A stretch of 52,736 nucleotides of DNA, taken from the NCBI GenBank assembly GCA_964440955.1, contig CAYTTP010000004.1:1-52736 (forward strand), read 5' to 3'. The notes below the pieces were generated by a model that was not told the DNA's origin, made no database searches, and saw only the letters and a list, made by a program, of their open reading frames with translations. This document shows positions 27,225 through 37,128 of this stretch, piece by piece (positions within the stretch are counted from its first letter, which is position 1; each line of letters starts with the position of its first letter). The position numbers were made by a program, and so were the translations under genes. This stretch comes from an uncultured Candidatus Saccharibacteria bacterium. GTDB lineage: Bacteria > Patescibacteriota > Minisyncoccia > Phycocordibacterales > WO2-35-19.

Positions 27225-27668
27225 ATGCCAAAAAAGATTATTTTTATAATTTTAACAGTCGTCGTCTTAGTAATCATGGGTATATTTAATTTAAACAAAA
27301 AACAAGGTGGACCGGAGCCCATAAGCCAGTTTGACCCAAACGAGACTTTACTTGTTTCTGCTCTCCGTGCTCTTGATTTCACTGATAACGAAATTTATTT
27401 GTATGAATTTTTGTTTTATTATGGTCCACAAAATCAGAGTGTAGCCATACAGTCGCCAAACTTTCCGACACATCTCTCTCAAAAAGACCTCGATAATTTT
27501 GTCTCCAAATACGAAGGGTTGGGCTATCTAGTGAAAGAAAAAGGAGGTTTAAAAACTAGTGGTATATCATTTTTGGCCGAAAAAATAAAACAACAGGCAA
27601 TCAAAAACCCAAACCTCAAAAACCTCTATGAAAAAATCGTCGAATGGGAGCATCTAAGCACTCAATAA
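27225..27668 (+). CDS. Membrane-anchored hypothetical protein, possibly with a winged-helix-like segment
   Basis: N-terminal TM IIFIILTVVVLVIMGIF; start 1 nt after the fba stop; no confident family. Confidence 0.5.
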   Translation: MPKKIIFIILTVVVLVIMGIFNLNKKQGGPEPISQFDPNETLLVSALRALDFTDNEIYLYEFLFYYGPQNQSVAIQSPNFPTHLSQKDLDNFVSKYEGLGYLVKEKGGLKTSGISFLAEKIKQQAIKNPNLKNLYEKIVEWEHLSTQ

Positions 27669-27672
27669 AACC

Positions 27673-29334
27673 ATGATCGACTACTCGCTTATCAAAAAAG
27701 AACTCGGACAAGTACTAGAGGGCGAAATTTTTGACGATCAAGCAACTCTAAAACTCTATAGCCGTGACGCTTCATTGTTTGAAGTTTGGCCCAAGCTTGT
27801 CGTCTGGCCAAAAAGTAGCAATGACATTAAAAAGTTGGTACGTTTTGTTGAAAATAAAAAACAAGAAAACAAAGAGCGATTTAGAGAACTCTCAATAACG
27901 GTCCGTGCTGCCGGGAGCTGTATGTCAGGCGGTTCACTCTCGGAGTCAATAATTTTGGATGTTTCCAAGTATATGAATTTTTGTGAAGTCGATCCCGTTT
28001 CTAAAACTGCCACAGTTGAACCAGGGTTGTTTTATCGTGATTTTGAAAAGGAAACGTTGAAGCATGGCCTTATCCTACCCTGCTATACTGCCTCAAAAAA
28101 TTTGTGTGCTCTCGGTGGAATGATCGGCAATAATTCCGCCGGTGAAAAAACACTTCGCTATGGCAAAATGGAAAATTTTATCGAGGAGCTAAGCATTGTA
28201 CTTGCTGACGGCAATGAATACGTGTTCAAACCGCTTTCAAGAGTAGATGCTCTAAAAAAATCACACGAACATCATTTTGAAGGAGCTGTCTATGAACGAA
28301 TAATGCGTCTTATCGACCAAAACAGGGAGGTCATAAATGCTGGGAAACCCAGAGTATCCAAAAATTCGGCTGGTTACTATTTGTGGAATATCGAGCATGC
28401 GGGGATGATCGACCTTACTAGGGTGATAGTCGGCTCTCAGGGAACACTCGGTATTGTGACCAAAGCAAAAATAAAACTAGTCGAAGTAAAACCAAAGTCT
28501 CGCCTCCTCGTCATCTTCATGAACAAAACTGAAAAATTGGGTGAGTTGGTAAATGCCATATTGCCTCATTCGCCGGAGAGTATCGAATCATACGACGATG
28601 CCACTTTGAAACTCGCCGTTCGATTTTTCCCAGAAATGCTAAAAATAATGAAATCTGGATTGCTCAAAATAATGTGGAGTTTTTTGCCGGAAGCTTGGAT
28701 GGCGCTCTCTGGCGGTATTCCAAAACTGGTTCTCTTGGTTGAGTTTTCTGGCAGTGATGAAGAGGAACTTTCTAAAAAAATTGAAAATTTAAAAAGCGCA
28801 CTCCAACCGTTTGGATATAAAATGCGAGGCACTACAAAATCAAACGAAGCCGAAAAATATTGGACAATACGCCGTGAGAGCTTCAATCTTCTACGAAAAC
28901 ATGTGAAGGGTAAGCGAACGGCGCCATTTGTTGACGATATTTGCGTAAATCCGGTATTTTTGCCCGAATTTTTGCCTCAACTTCGAAAAATACTCGACCA
29001 GGCTGGACTACTATATACAATCGCCGGCCATGCAGGGAATGGCAACTTCCACATTATCCCACTTATGGACATGAAAGATCCGCACAATCGTGCGCTCATA
29101 CCGCTTATTTCAAACCAGGTCTACACCTTGGTCAAAAAATATGAAGGCACTATCACCGCTGAACACAACGATGGTATTATCCGCACACCCTACCTCAAGC
29201 TTATGTTTTCACCTCAAATTTTAAGCCTATTTAAAGAAACCAAACAAATTTTCGACCCGCACAATCTTTTCAACCCAGGCAAAAAAGTAGATATGAGCAT
29301 CGAATACATGGTAGGGCATTTGGCGAAGGACTAG
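27673..29334 (+). CDS. FAD-binding oxidoreductase (GlcD/D-lactate dehydrogenase-like, PCMH-type FAD domain)
   Basis: VVWPKSSNDIKKLVRF, VRAAGSCMSGGS, GGMIGNNSAGEK, C-terminal GTITAEHNDG. Confidence 0.75.
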   Translation: MIDYSLIKKELGQVLEGEIFDDQATLKLYSRDASLFEVWPKLVVWPKSSNDIKKLVRFVENKKQENKERFRELSITVRAAGSCMSGGSLSESIILDVSKYMNFCEVDPVSKTATVEPGLFYRDFEKETLKHGLILPCYTASKNLCALGGMIGNNSAGEKTLRYGKMENFIEELSIVLADGNEYVFKPLSRVDALKKSHEHHFEGAVYERIMRLIDQNREVINAGKPRVSKNSAGYYLWNIEHAGMIDLTRVIVGSQGTLGIVTKAKIKLVEVKPKSRLLVIFMNKTEKLGELVNAILPHSPESIESYDDATLKLAVRFFPEMLKIMKSGLLKIMWSFLPEAWMALSGGIPKLVLLVEFSGSDEEELSKKIENLKSALQPFGYKMRGTTKSNEAEKYWTIRRESFNLLRKHVKGKRTAPFVDDICVNPVFLPEFLPQLRKILDQAGLLYTIAGHAGNGNFHIIPLMDMKDPHNRALIPLISNQVYTLVKKYEGTITAEHNDGIIRTPYLKLMFSPQILSLFKETKQIFDPHNLFNPGKKVDMSIEYMVGHLAKD

Positions 29335-29385
29335 CATCTATAAGGTTGTATTTTTTAAGCCATTTTGCTAACATAGCCTACACAC

Positions 29386-30030
29386 ATGACAATAGCCATC
29401 AAAGCTGAAAAACGAGAAAAATTGGGCAAACTGGACTCTTTAAGAAAGAGTGGCCTTTTTCCTGCTGTTTTTTATGGTCACAAAAAAGAGTCTACTCCTA
29501 TCCAAATAAAGAAAAACGACTTTATAAAAGCTTGGAAACAAGCTGGCGAATCAACCGTCGTCACTCTCGAATTTGCTGATGGCAAAATGGACGCCCTCAT
29601 TCATATTGTAGACATGGACCCTCTCAAAAATGAACCTCGCCATGCCGACTTTTATGTATTCGAAAAAGGCCATAAAGTTGAAATCGCTATACCTCTTACT
29701 TTCGAAGGAGTCGCTCCTGCAGTCAAAGATTTGGGTGGTATTTTGGTGAAGGTATTGCGAGAAATAAAGATTTCCGGCGAACCTACTCACTTGCCACACG
29801 AAATTGTTGTCGATGTTTCCTCACTTGCAGAGCTCAATAGTCAAATATTGGCCAAGGACATAAATCTCCCTCACGGTGTTTCCCTTGTTGAAAACCCTGA
29901 AGAGGTAGTAGCTTCGATCTCAATCGCTCAGGAAGAAAAAGAGGAAACAGCACCAATCGACCTCTCTCAAATTGAAGTAGAAAAGAAAGGTAAGAAGGAT
30001 GAAGAAGGAACAGAAGTAGAAAGTAGTTAG
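29386..30030 (+). CDS. rplY: Ribosomal protein bL25 (Ctc form)
   Basis: AEKREKLGKLDSLRKSGLFPAVFYG..., two-domain length with acidic tail. Confidence 0.85.
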   Translation: MTIAIKAEKREKLGKLDSLRKSGLFPAVFYGHKKESTPIQIKKNDFIKAWKQAGESTVVTLEFADGKMDALIHIVDMDPLKNEPRHADFYVFEKGHKVEIAIPLTFEGVAPAVKDLGGILVKVLREIKISGEPTHLPHEIVVDVSSLAELNSQILAKDINLPHGVSLVENPEEVVASISIAQEEKEETAPIDLSQIEVEKKGKKDEEGTEVESS

Positions 30031-30062
30031 TAGCAAGTAATTAGGATTTAGGGCAGAAGATT

Positions 30063-30071
30063 TGGTATAAT
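30063..30071 (+). promoter_or_regulatory. Extended -10 box TGgTATAAT, 7 nt before ATG 30079 (candidate leaderless promoter)
   Basis: TGGTATAAT-TTAGAAC-ATG. Confidence 0.55.
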
Positions 30072-30078
30072 TTAGAAC

Positions 30079-31482
30079 ATGATTTTTTATACCAAGATTT
30101 TTCGTTTTTTACTTGTTTTTGTATTGATTTTCAATTTTCAATCCCTGCTCTTCGGCGAACAGGTTTCAATTTTCAATCATGCTTCGGCTCAAATGTCAGA
30201 AGCGGAAATCCAGGCTCAAGAGGCAAAATGGCGAAGTGAACTTGAAGCCACTCAAAAAGAGATTGATCAGTGGGAAGCGATTTTAAATACCACCAAACAG
30301 GGCACGGCTTCCTTACAACGCGACGCTGACATACTAAAGGCTAAAATAAACGAAGCCAAAGCTTTCATACGCAACCGACAAATACAGATTGAAAGATTGA
30401 CCAGAGACATCAACTTAAAAACCAAAACAATAGACGAGTTGGAGGCTAAAATAGCGCGCGGCAAAGAGTCGCTCTCCTCAATCATCCGCTCAACCAATGA
30501 GCTTGACTCGTACTCTTTGCCAGAAGCCATACTTTCCAACAAAAACTTTTCCGAATTTTTTGAAGACATTGACTCCTATGGTTCGATCAAAGAGTCACTC
30601 GCCAAGCAATTTGCCGAAATCCGTGAGCTCCAAAACAAAACCGATGAAGAGCGCAAAATATTGGATGAAAAGCGCGAAGCAGAAGCCGACACCAAAGCAA
30701 GAATAGAGGAAGAAAAAAAGAAGGTCGAAATAAATGAACAAGAAAAACAACGCCTCATCAACATAAACAAAAACCAAGAAAAGACCTATGAACAGGTGAT
30801 TGCTGAAAAAGAAAGGAAGGCTGCTCAAATTCGAGCTGAACTCTTCAAGCTACGCGACTCAACCAGTATCTCCTTTGGGGAAGCGCTCAAATACGCCAAC
30901 AAAGCTTCACAAATGACCGGTGTAAGAGCGGCCTACATATTAGGCGTGATCCAGCAGGAAAGCAATATCGGTCAAAACCTTGGATCCTGCATTATTACCG
31001 ACCTTACAAGCGGTTCGACCCAACATGTGACGAGCGGCCGGGTTTATGACAATGGCATCCACCCAACAAGGGACCTACCAGCTCTACAAGAAGTACTTGA
31101 CGATTTGGGTAGGGACCCTCTCACTACTCGCGTATCTTGCCCTTACGGCTCTGGCTATGGTGGAGCGATGGGGCCAGCCCAATTTATCCCTTCGACATGG
31201 AAACTCTACATAAATAGACTGACCCAAACAGTAGGCAGTCATCCTGACCCTTGGAACCCCGAGCACGCTTTCATTGCTTCCGCTTTCTTACTCGCCGACA
31301 ACGGTGCAGCTGGCGGAGGCTATACGGCCGAATACAATGCCGCTTGCCGATACTACTCGGGCAGCAAATGCCCAGCAGGAAATACTGCAAGAGAGCGCGA
31401 AATCATAAGCTACGGCAAGTCGGTAGTCGCTAAAGCAAACAATATCCAACTTACAATGATCGACCCACTCGAAGGCTTTTAG
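30079..31482 (+). CDS. Secreted coiled-coil protein with C-terminal lytic transglycosylase-like domain
   Basis: Signal peptide ending HASAQ, about 230 aa of heptad-rich E/K/Q sequence, then ILGVIQQESNIG and GAMGPAQFIPSTW. Confidence 0.7.
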   Translation: MIFYTKIFRFLLVFVLIFNFQSLLFGEQVSIFNHASAQMSEAEIQAQEAKWRSELEATQKEIDQWEAILNTTKQGTASLQRDADILKAKINEAKAFIRNRQIQIERLTRDINLKTKTIDELEAKIARGKESLSSIIRSTNELDSYSLPEAILSNKNFSEFFEDIDSYGSIKESLAKQFAEIRELQNKTDEERKILDEKREAEADTKARIEEEKKKVEINEQEKQRLININKNQEKTYEQVIAEKERKAAQIRAELFKLRDSTSISFGEALKYANKASQMTGVRAAYILGVIQQESNIGQNLGSCIITDLTSGSTQHVTSGRVYDNGIHPTRDLPALQEVLDDLGRDPLTTRVSCPYGSGYGGAMGPAQFIPSTWKLYINRLTQTVGSHPDPWNPEHAFIASAFLLADNGAAGGGYTAEYNAACRYYSGSKCPAGNTAREREIISYGKSVVAKANNIQLTMIDPLEGF

Positions 31483-31860
31483 TTTTCCCCACCCCCATTG
31501 ACAGGTTTTTGTATTATGATACGGTGTAAGAGGGAACATTCACTGAATAAACCCGAAATCGGAAGTGTTAGGGCGAAACGCGAGAACAAATTTGGCATTA
31601 CGCCAGCCCTCAATGAGCGTGAAGCTCGAAAGCCTCAAACACAACTGAAGAAAGGAGGTTTAGCTGGCCGGGGAAGAGCTTGCAAGCTTTCTCGTCAGCG
31701 GTCCAATGTGGTAGAATAGTCATCTGTCTCTCCCATCGTTCATTTTTTAGGATCGCCTAGAGCGATCCTGGGCTGCATCACTGCCCAAAATAGGGAATAC
31801 AGGCCGCTTACACTCACCGACATTTGTGTAGCGGCCTTTCCATTTGTCTAAAATTTAAAC
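31483..31860. other. Unassigned ~380-bp non-coding gap with several hairpins
   Basis: Only short ORFs (the 73-aa ORF at 31498-31719 is not credited as coding); hairpins GGATCGC-CTAGA-GCGATCC (31750-31768) and AGGCCGCT...AGCGGCCT (31800-31838). Confidence 0.3.
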
Positions 31861-31883
31861 TGTGTTATACTACAAACACATAT

Positions 31884-32093
31884 ATGAAAACAGAAATCCA
31901 TCCAGAATATTTTACAGACGCCAAAGTCACCTGCTCATGTGGCAATACTTTTAACGTTGGTAGCACTAAAAAAGAAATCACAATTGAAATTTGTAGTGCT
32001 TGCCACCCATTTTTCACTGGTAACGAAAAGGTTATCGACTCAGCCGGACGTGTAGAAAAATTCAAAGCTCGCTCAGCAAAGGCCAAAAAATAA
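31884..32093 (+). CDS. rpmE: Ribosomal protein bL31 (Cys-containing form)
   Basis: [28 protein letters not shown]...[10 protein letters not shown]; preceded by TGtTATACT 12 nt upstream. Confidence 0.9.
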   Translation: MKTEIHPEYFTDAKVTCSCGNTFNVGSTKKEITIEICSACHPFFTGNEKVIDSAGRVEKFKARSAKAKK

Positions 32094-32107
32094 CTTCCTT
32101 CTTTATT

Positions 32108-32142
32108 CCCCTCTTAAAATAAGAGGGGTTAGGGGTGATATA
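32108..32142 (-). repeat. C-rich palindromic repeat element, reverse orientation
   Basis: Minus strand ATATCACCCCTAACCCCTCTTATTTTAAGAGGGG (8-bp stem CCCCTCTT/AAGAGGGG). Confidence 0.8.
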
Positions 32143-32152
32143 TCTTCAAATA

Positions 32153-32190
32153 ATATCCCACCCCCTCCCTCCCTTATTTTAAGGGAGGGA
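32153..32190 (+). repeat. C-rich palindromic repeat element, forward orientation
   Basis: ATATCCCACCCCCTCCCTCCCTTATTTTAAGGGAGGGA (stem CCCTCCCTT/AAGGGAGGG); head-to-head with the 32108 copy. Confidence 0.8.
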
Positions 32191-32211
32191 GTAGAAACCA
32201 AGCAGAAGACA

Positions 32212-33150
32212 ATGGACCTCGAAAAATACAAAAAAAATAACAAGACCCAATATCTGGCAAGCGAATACGAACGATTGGAAAGGGAAGAAAGTGAACTAAA
32301 AAAATTGGATGACCCCGAGCTCCTCGAGCTTGCTAAAAACGATTTAAATAATCTCGAAGAACAAAAGCGAGCGATTTTGGCGCAAATGGAAGAAATATTG
32401 AAAGAAGAGGAAAAAGAAGAAGAATCACCAAACGAAATCGTGCTTGAAGTGCGTGCCGGAGTAGGTGGAGAAGAGGCAGCTTTATTTGCCGAAGAGCTTG
32501 CTACCATGTATCGCAAATACGCCGAAATCAAAGGTTGGAGCTGTAGTATAATCGATGAGTCAGAGTCACCTCAAGGTGGTTACAAGGAAGCTTCTTTTGA
32601 GATGAGGGGCAAGGGAGTTTATAAGGAACTCAAATACGAAACAGGCGTCCACCGAGTCCAGCGAGTACCAGCAACCGAAAAAAATGGACGAGTGCACACC
32701 TCGACTGCTTCAGTTGCCATCCTACCGATCCGCAAAAAAACCAAATTTGAAATAAATCCAGCCGATTTGGAAGTGACTTTTTCCCGTGCTGGCGGTAAGG
32801 GTGGCCAAAATGTCAACAAAGTAGAAACAGCGGTACGACTATTGCACAAACCAAGCGGTATCGTCATTTCCTGTCGAGCTGAGCGTAGCCAAAACGCCAA
32901 CCGTGAAAAGGCTCTTGAAATTTTGGCTTCCAAACTTGAGATATTGAAGAGGGAAGAGGAAGACAAAAAGTATTCTGCTGAGCGCAAGGACCAGGTAGGC
33001 AATGTTGACCGTTCCGAAAAAATCCGCACTTACAACATCCTCCAAGACCGGATCACCGACCATAGACTAAACCGCAACTGGCACGGTATTGAGCGTATCC
33101 TAAAAGGGGAAATCGGGGCCATAGTCGAAGCCTTCGCTGATACGAAATAA
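32212..33150 (+). CDS. prfA: Peptide chain release factor 1 (short N-terminus)
   Basis: [17 protein letters not shown] (P-A-T tripeptide) and [15 protein letters not shown] (GGQ). Confidence 0.9.
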   Translation: MDLEKYKKNNKTQYLASEYERLEREESELKKLDDPELLELAKNDLNNLEEQKRAILAQMEEILKEEEKEEESPNEIVLEVRAGVGGEEAALFAEELATMYRKYAEIKGWSCSIIDESESPQGGYKEASFEMRGKGVYKELKYETGVHRVQRVPATEKNGRVHTSTASVAILPIRKKTKFEINPADLEVTFSRAGGKGGQNVNKVETAVRLLHKPSGIVISCRAERSQNANREKALEILASKLEILKREEEDKKYSAERKDQVGNVDRSEKIRTYNILQDRITDHRLNRNWHGIERILKGEIGAIVEAFADTK

Positions 33151-33151
33151 C

Positions 33152-33174
33152 GGATGAATTATGAATATTCGAGG
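33152..33174. repeat. Short ATGAAT-unit repeat
   Basis: GGATGAATTATGAATATTCGAGG. Confidence 0.35.
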
Positions 33175-33246
33175 CTATTACAGTGTATTCGTTATTTCTT
33201 ATATAGCTTGCACAATATAGATAGTTTTGGTATCCTATAACCCTGT

Positions 33247-33945
33247 ATGACAAAAACAAAAGAAACAGGCATCTTGGACGAGCTCTTCAAGGTAGGGGCG
33301 CATTTTGGCTTTGGTAAGTCTCGCAGGCACCCAAGCACCTCACCTTTCATTTTTGGATCCAAAAACAAAGTTGATATTTTTGACCTCGAAAAAACTGAGG
33401 CTTCCCTCCAAAAAGCTTTAGAATATGTAAAAACCCTTGCGGCTAATAATAGCGTTATCCTTTTTGTTGGTGGCAAACACGAGGCCCAAGCAGCGGTCAA
33501 AAAAGCGGCCGAAACCGCAAATTTGCCTTACGTATCAGGCAGGTGGATCGGTGGCACATTGACCAATTTTTCTGAAATCAAAAAACGTGTCGAAACAATG
33601 CTCTCCCTCATTTCCCAAAAAACAAAAGGCGAACTCGACAAATACACCAAAAAAGAGCGATTGTTAATCGATCGTGATATCGAAAAACTTCAAAAGATGT
33701 TTTGGGGTGTAAAAGATATGACAAACTTACCAAAAGCAATTTTTGTAGTCGACCCACGATACGAAGAGACCGCAGTCCGCGAAGCCCGCAATCTCAACAT
33801 CCCAGTTATCGCACTTTGCAGTTCCGACAACAACATAAATTTGGTATCATATCCGATAGTGGCAAACGATTCGAGCGTAAACAGCATTTCATTTTTTGCT
33901 GACAAAATAGCAGCCGCCTACCTCGAATCCAAGCCTAATAAATAA
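33247..33945 (+). CDS. rpsB: Ribosomal protein uS2
   Basis: LFKVGAHFGFGKSRRHP..., ILFVGGKHEAQ, PVIALCSSDNN. Confidence 0.92.
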   Translation: MTKTKETGILDELFKVGAHFGFGKSRRHPSTSPFIFGSKNKVDIFDLEKTEASLQKALEYVKTLAANNSVILFVGGKHEAQAAVKKAAETANLPYVSGRWIGGTLTNFSEIKKRVETMLSLISQKTKGELDKYTKKERLLIDRDIEKLQKMFWGVKDMTNLPKAIFVVDPRYEETAVREARNLNIPVIALCSSDNNINLVSYPIVANDSSVNSISFFADKIAAAYLESKPNK

Positions 33946-33963
33946 GCCTAAGAAAAAAATAAA

Positions 33964-34551
33964 ATGGTCACCACAGAAGAGATCAAAACCCTTCGTGACG
34001 AAACAGGGGTTTCGGTAATGCAATGTAAAAAAGCACTTGAGGAAGCAGGGGGCGATATTGAAAAAGCAAAAATAATCCTCCGCAAAGTAAGTAAACAGGC
34101 TTCCGACAAAAAAGCCGACCGGACTCTAGGCGCTGGTGCTGTTGTCTCCTATATCCACTCAAATGGTACAGTGGGTGCACTAGTCGAACTCCTCTGCGAA
34201 ACTGACTTCGTAGCAAGAAATGAGGATTTTAAAAATCTAGCACGGGACATAGCAATGCATGTAGCCGCTCTCGCTCCCGAATTTAGCAAAATGAGTGATG
34301 TCAAAGAGGAGGACAAGGCTAAAGCTCGTGAGCTTTTTGAGCAAGAGGCCAAGGAAGCTGGTAAACCAGCTGAAATGATGGAGAAGATTATCGAAGGTAA
34401 GCTTGCTGCCTACTTTGGTGAAAAAGTCCTCCTTGAACAGTCCTTCATCAAAAATCCTGAAGTCAAAATCTCGACCCTTCTCGAACAGGGTGCTCAAAAA
34501 TTTGGCGAACGTACCGAGATGGGGCGCTTTGTCAGGTTTTCGATAAATTAA
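33964..34551 (+). CDS. tsf: Elongation factor Ts (short form)
   Basis: IKTLRDETGVSVMQCKKALEEAGGDIEKA, LCETDFVARNEDF. Confidence 0.9.
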   Translation: MVTTEEIKTLRDETGVSVMQCKKALEEAGGDIEKAKIILRKVSKQASDKKADRTLGAGAVVSYIHSNGTVGALVELLCETDFVARNEDFKNLARDIAMHVAALAPEFSKMSDVKEEDKAKARELFEQEAKEAGKPAEMMEKIIEGKLAAYFGEKVLLEQSFIKNPEVKISTLLEQGAQKFGERTEMGRFVRFSIN

Positions 34552-34552
34552 A

Positions 34553-34960
34553 ATGGTTACCATTACAGTATTTGGCCTAGCTCTCTTTTTGCTCATTTTG
34601 CTTGTCTTGATAAAAAGTTTTGAGTTGAAGAAAGGGGGCGAAAATAGTATATTGAAACAGGTCGGGCGTCTTGATCAGAGCACTTCACGAATATTTGAAA
34701 GAGTATCTTATCTGTACAAACAGGTTACCCAAAGCATTCGCTACATTGTGCTCGTCCGGCTTTTGAACATTCTGAAAGATAATGCTAGAAGAGGCCTTGA
34801 ATACTCTAAAAAAGAGTACGAGGCTCGTCGAGGTGCGATCATGGGCAAGCGTTACCTGTCACACAGAGGCTCTGCTTCTTTCTATCTGAAAAAGATAGCG
34901 GAAGAAAGAGAAAATACAGGTAAGGGCAAGATACAGGACGATAGTTTGCCAATTGATTGA
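34553..34960 (+). CDS. Membrane-anchored hypothetical protein (135 aa)
   Basis: N-terminal TM VFGLALFLLILLVLI; start 1 nt after the tsf stop; basic C-terminal part. Confidence 0.45.
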   Translation: MVTITVFGLALFLLILLVLIKSFELKKGGENSILKQVGRLDQSTSRIFERVSYLYKQVTQSIRYIVLVRLLNILKDNARRGLEYSKKEYEARRGAIMGKRYLSHRGSASFYLKKIAEERENTGKGKIQDDSLPID

Positions 34961-34972
34961 TAGTTTAATAAT

Positions 34973-35048
34973 GCCGCCTTAGCTCAGTTGGTAGAGCAAC
35001 GCTTTTGTAAAGCGAAGGTCGTCAGTTCAAGTCTGACAGGCGGCTCCA
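34973..35048 (+). tRNA. tRNA-Thr (anticodon TGT), CCA encoded
   Basis: Acceptor GCCGCCT/AGGCGGC, D arm GCTC/GAGC, anticodon loop TTTGTAA, T arm GTCAG-TTCAAGT-CTGAC, discriminator T, CCA. Confidence 0.9.
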
Positions 35049-35095
35049 GAAAAAAAGATTGAAGACCAATACAAATCTCTAGATCAATCAGAAAT

Positions 35096-35794
35096 TTAGT
35101 TTGAATTTTTTGTAGAAGTGCTAGGCTTCTTTGATTCCTCAAGTGCTTTTTGTTTGTCTATTTCTTTTAGAGCGGGGAGTACCTCCTTTATGTCTTCAAC
35201 TGTTTTTAAACCATAGTAAACCCGATCATTGATGAGAAGTGCTGGTTGCTTGTTTTCAATATTGTAAATACTGGTGAGAGTTTTGATAGCCGAAAGGTCC
35301 AGATTGTAATCAAACGAGTATACGCGTAGCTCCGGATAATCTTCGCGAAGTCGAGTCAAAACATAGCCTTCACGCTCACAATCAGCACAATCACCAGTAT
35401 TGGAATAGAAATAGATGAGTGACAAAGTCTTGCCTCCGCAACGCTCATTGACCTTTTGCATAAGCAAAAAATCCTTGATTTGGAGTAGGGAATAATAACG
35501 CTTCAGATTGAGCACCTCAGCGTCATCACTACCACGACTCTCCTCGGTATAAGAAAGTTTATCGCCCAAAGTTGCAAGCTCTTTTGAAAGGAAAGAGCTT
35601 GTAATATCGCGGCAAGAAAGCTCAGAAAGGAGTGAAAATTGGGTTTCAGAAGCCAAAATATCAACCGCGATCCGGCTTTCGATATTTTTTATTTCATTCA
35701 TCCTTTTTTGACTGAAATAATTGCTAGCAAAAATAGCCGTAGTAAAGATAACGGCGGTAATCAAAAAGCTATAAGCGTATTTTTTCCAATCCAT
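35096..35794 (-). CDS. Membrane-anchored thioredoxin-fold-like protein with CxxC motif
   Basis: N-terminal TM, SNTGDCADCEREGY CxxC motif; family not firmly recognised. Confidence 0.5.
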   Translation of the reverse strand: MDWKKYAYSFLITAVIFTTAIFASNYFSQKRMNEIKNIESRIAVDILASETQFSLLSELSCRDITSSFLSKELATLGDKLSYTEESRGSDDAEVLNLKRYYSLLQIKDFLLMQKVNERCGGKTLSLIYFYSNTGDCADCEREGYVLTRLREDYPELRVYSFDYNLDLSAIKTLTSIYNIENKQPALLINDRVYYGLKTVEDIKEVLPALKEIDKQKALEESKKPSTSTKNSN

Positions 35795-35850
35795 AATGTA
35801 GTCAAAGATAATAGACTATAGACAGCAGAAAGGCAAGCTAAGCCCTAAAA

Positions 35851-37104
35851 CTACCTCCAAGTGGTCTTTCTAGCAAAAAGAACATTGTAAACGGCCCGCA
35901 TTATCCAAAACGGCGAAATGATCGTGTATAGAAAGAGGAAGAGCAAGCTGTCGAAACCAATAACCCTCTCTTCCTTGCCCATCCGGCGCGAAGTAATAAT
36001 CATAAACAAAAGTCCTGAAAGGCCGGCAAGCGATACAAACATGATGATATCTGTATTTATATAAAACAAATCAAATTGAAATTTTGGAAAGGAAAGACCA
36101 ACCATATAAATTTGGTTGACCCGATCATACAGATCACCAAAAAAAGTGAGAAGCCAGTTGCTAAAAAAGTACAGAGAAGAGACGATCGAAAATGAAGCAG
36201 CGGGTAATACGACAACGCCAAGGTTGCCATAGGCCGGCTTGAAAAACATGTCCCGATAGTCGATAGCATTTTTCAAAAAGCCGTATACCCAGCGCAAGCG
36301 CTGTTTGTAGAGCTTGTAGAGAGTTTTTGGACCAACCGTATAAACGAAAGCATCTGGGGCATTGCCGATCCTCATTTTGTTTTTTTGCATACGCATACCT
36401 ATCTCCATATCTTCGGTGTTGTGCGCTTTTCGATAATCACCAATTTGCCTAAAAACGCTTCGCCTAAAAATAGAAAACGGACCAGGGGTGATATAAATAG
36501 CATTCAAATGGGCAAAAACTTTCCTTAGGAAAATACCAAAAATATATTCACCTTTTTGGAGAAGAGGTAGTATACCTTTTGGTTCAAAAATCTTAACCGA
36601 AGGAGTGATCGCCATTATTTCCGGATCTTCAAAATGTTTGACGATACGCATCAAAGCTTCAGTATGGACAAAAGAGTCAGCATCCAAACAACCAACCAAA
36701 TCGCTGTCTATAAAGGTGAGAGCATAGTTTAAAGCGGTATGCTTGCCTCCATTTTCCTTGCGAAGCAAGGTAACCTGCTTGTTTTTGGCAAAACGTTGAA
36801 TAACTTTCCAGGTATTGTCGGTACTTCCGTCATCGACAATAAAAATAGATAATTTATCCTTTGGATAATTTAGTTTGAGAAGGGAAAAAATGGTTTTGAG
36901 CACAGTCGCCTCTTCATTCCAAACCGGCACAATGACTGAAACGCTCGGCAATTTTTTTTGAGTCTTCTCGCCACGACCAAAAGCCATAAGCTCAAGATTT
37001 TTCTCCTTTACTAGGGCCTCAAAGTAGTTTATAAGCAAAAAAACCTCGAAATATAGAGCGATAAATAGAAAAATATAAGTAATGGCCTCGTTTATGGCTT
37101 GCAT
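35851..37104 (-). CDS. Integral-membrane family 2 glycosyltransferase (processive type)
   Basis: VSVIVPVWNEE, FIVDDGSTD, CLDADS, QRLRW motif, multiple TM segments. Confidence 0.85.
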   Translation of the reverse strand: MQAINEAITYIFLFIALYFEVFLLINYFEALVKEKNLELMAFGRGEKTQKKLPSVSVIVPVWNEEATVLKTIFSLLKLNYPKDKLSIFIVDDGSTDNTWKVIQRFAKNKQVTLLRKENGGKHTALNYALTFIDSDLVGCLDADSFVHTEALMRIVKHFEDPEIMAITPSVKIFEPKGILPLLQKGEYIFGIFLRKVFAHLNAIYITPGPFSIFRRSVFRQIGDYRKAHNTEDMEIGMRMQKNKMRIGNAPDAFVYTVGPKTLYKLYKQRLRWVYGFLKNAIDYRDMFFKPAYGNLGVVVLPAASFSIVSSLYFFSNWLLTFFGDLYDRVNQIYMVGLSFPKFQFDLFYINTDIIMFVSLAGLSGLLFMIITSRRMGKEERVIGFDSLLFLFLYTIISPFWIMRAVYNVLFARKTTWR

Positions 37105-37110
37105 TATTTT

Positions 37111-37119
37111 ACTATATCA
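37111..37119 (-). promoter_or_regulatory. Extended -10 box TGaTATAGT, 6 nt before the GT2 ATG (candidate leaderless promoter)
   Basis: Minus strand TGATATAGT-AAAATA-ATG. Confidence 0.5.
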
Positions 37120-37128
37120 CAAAAACTT

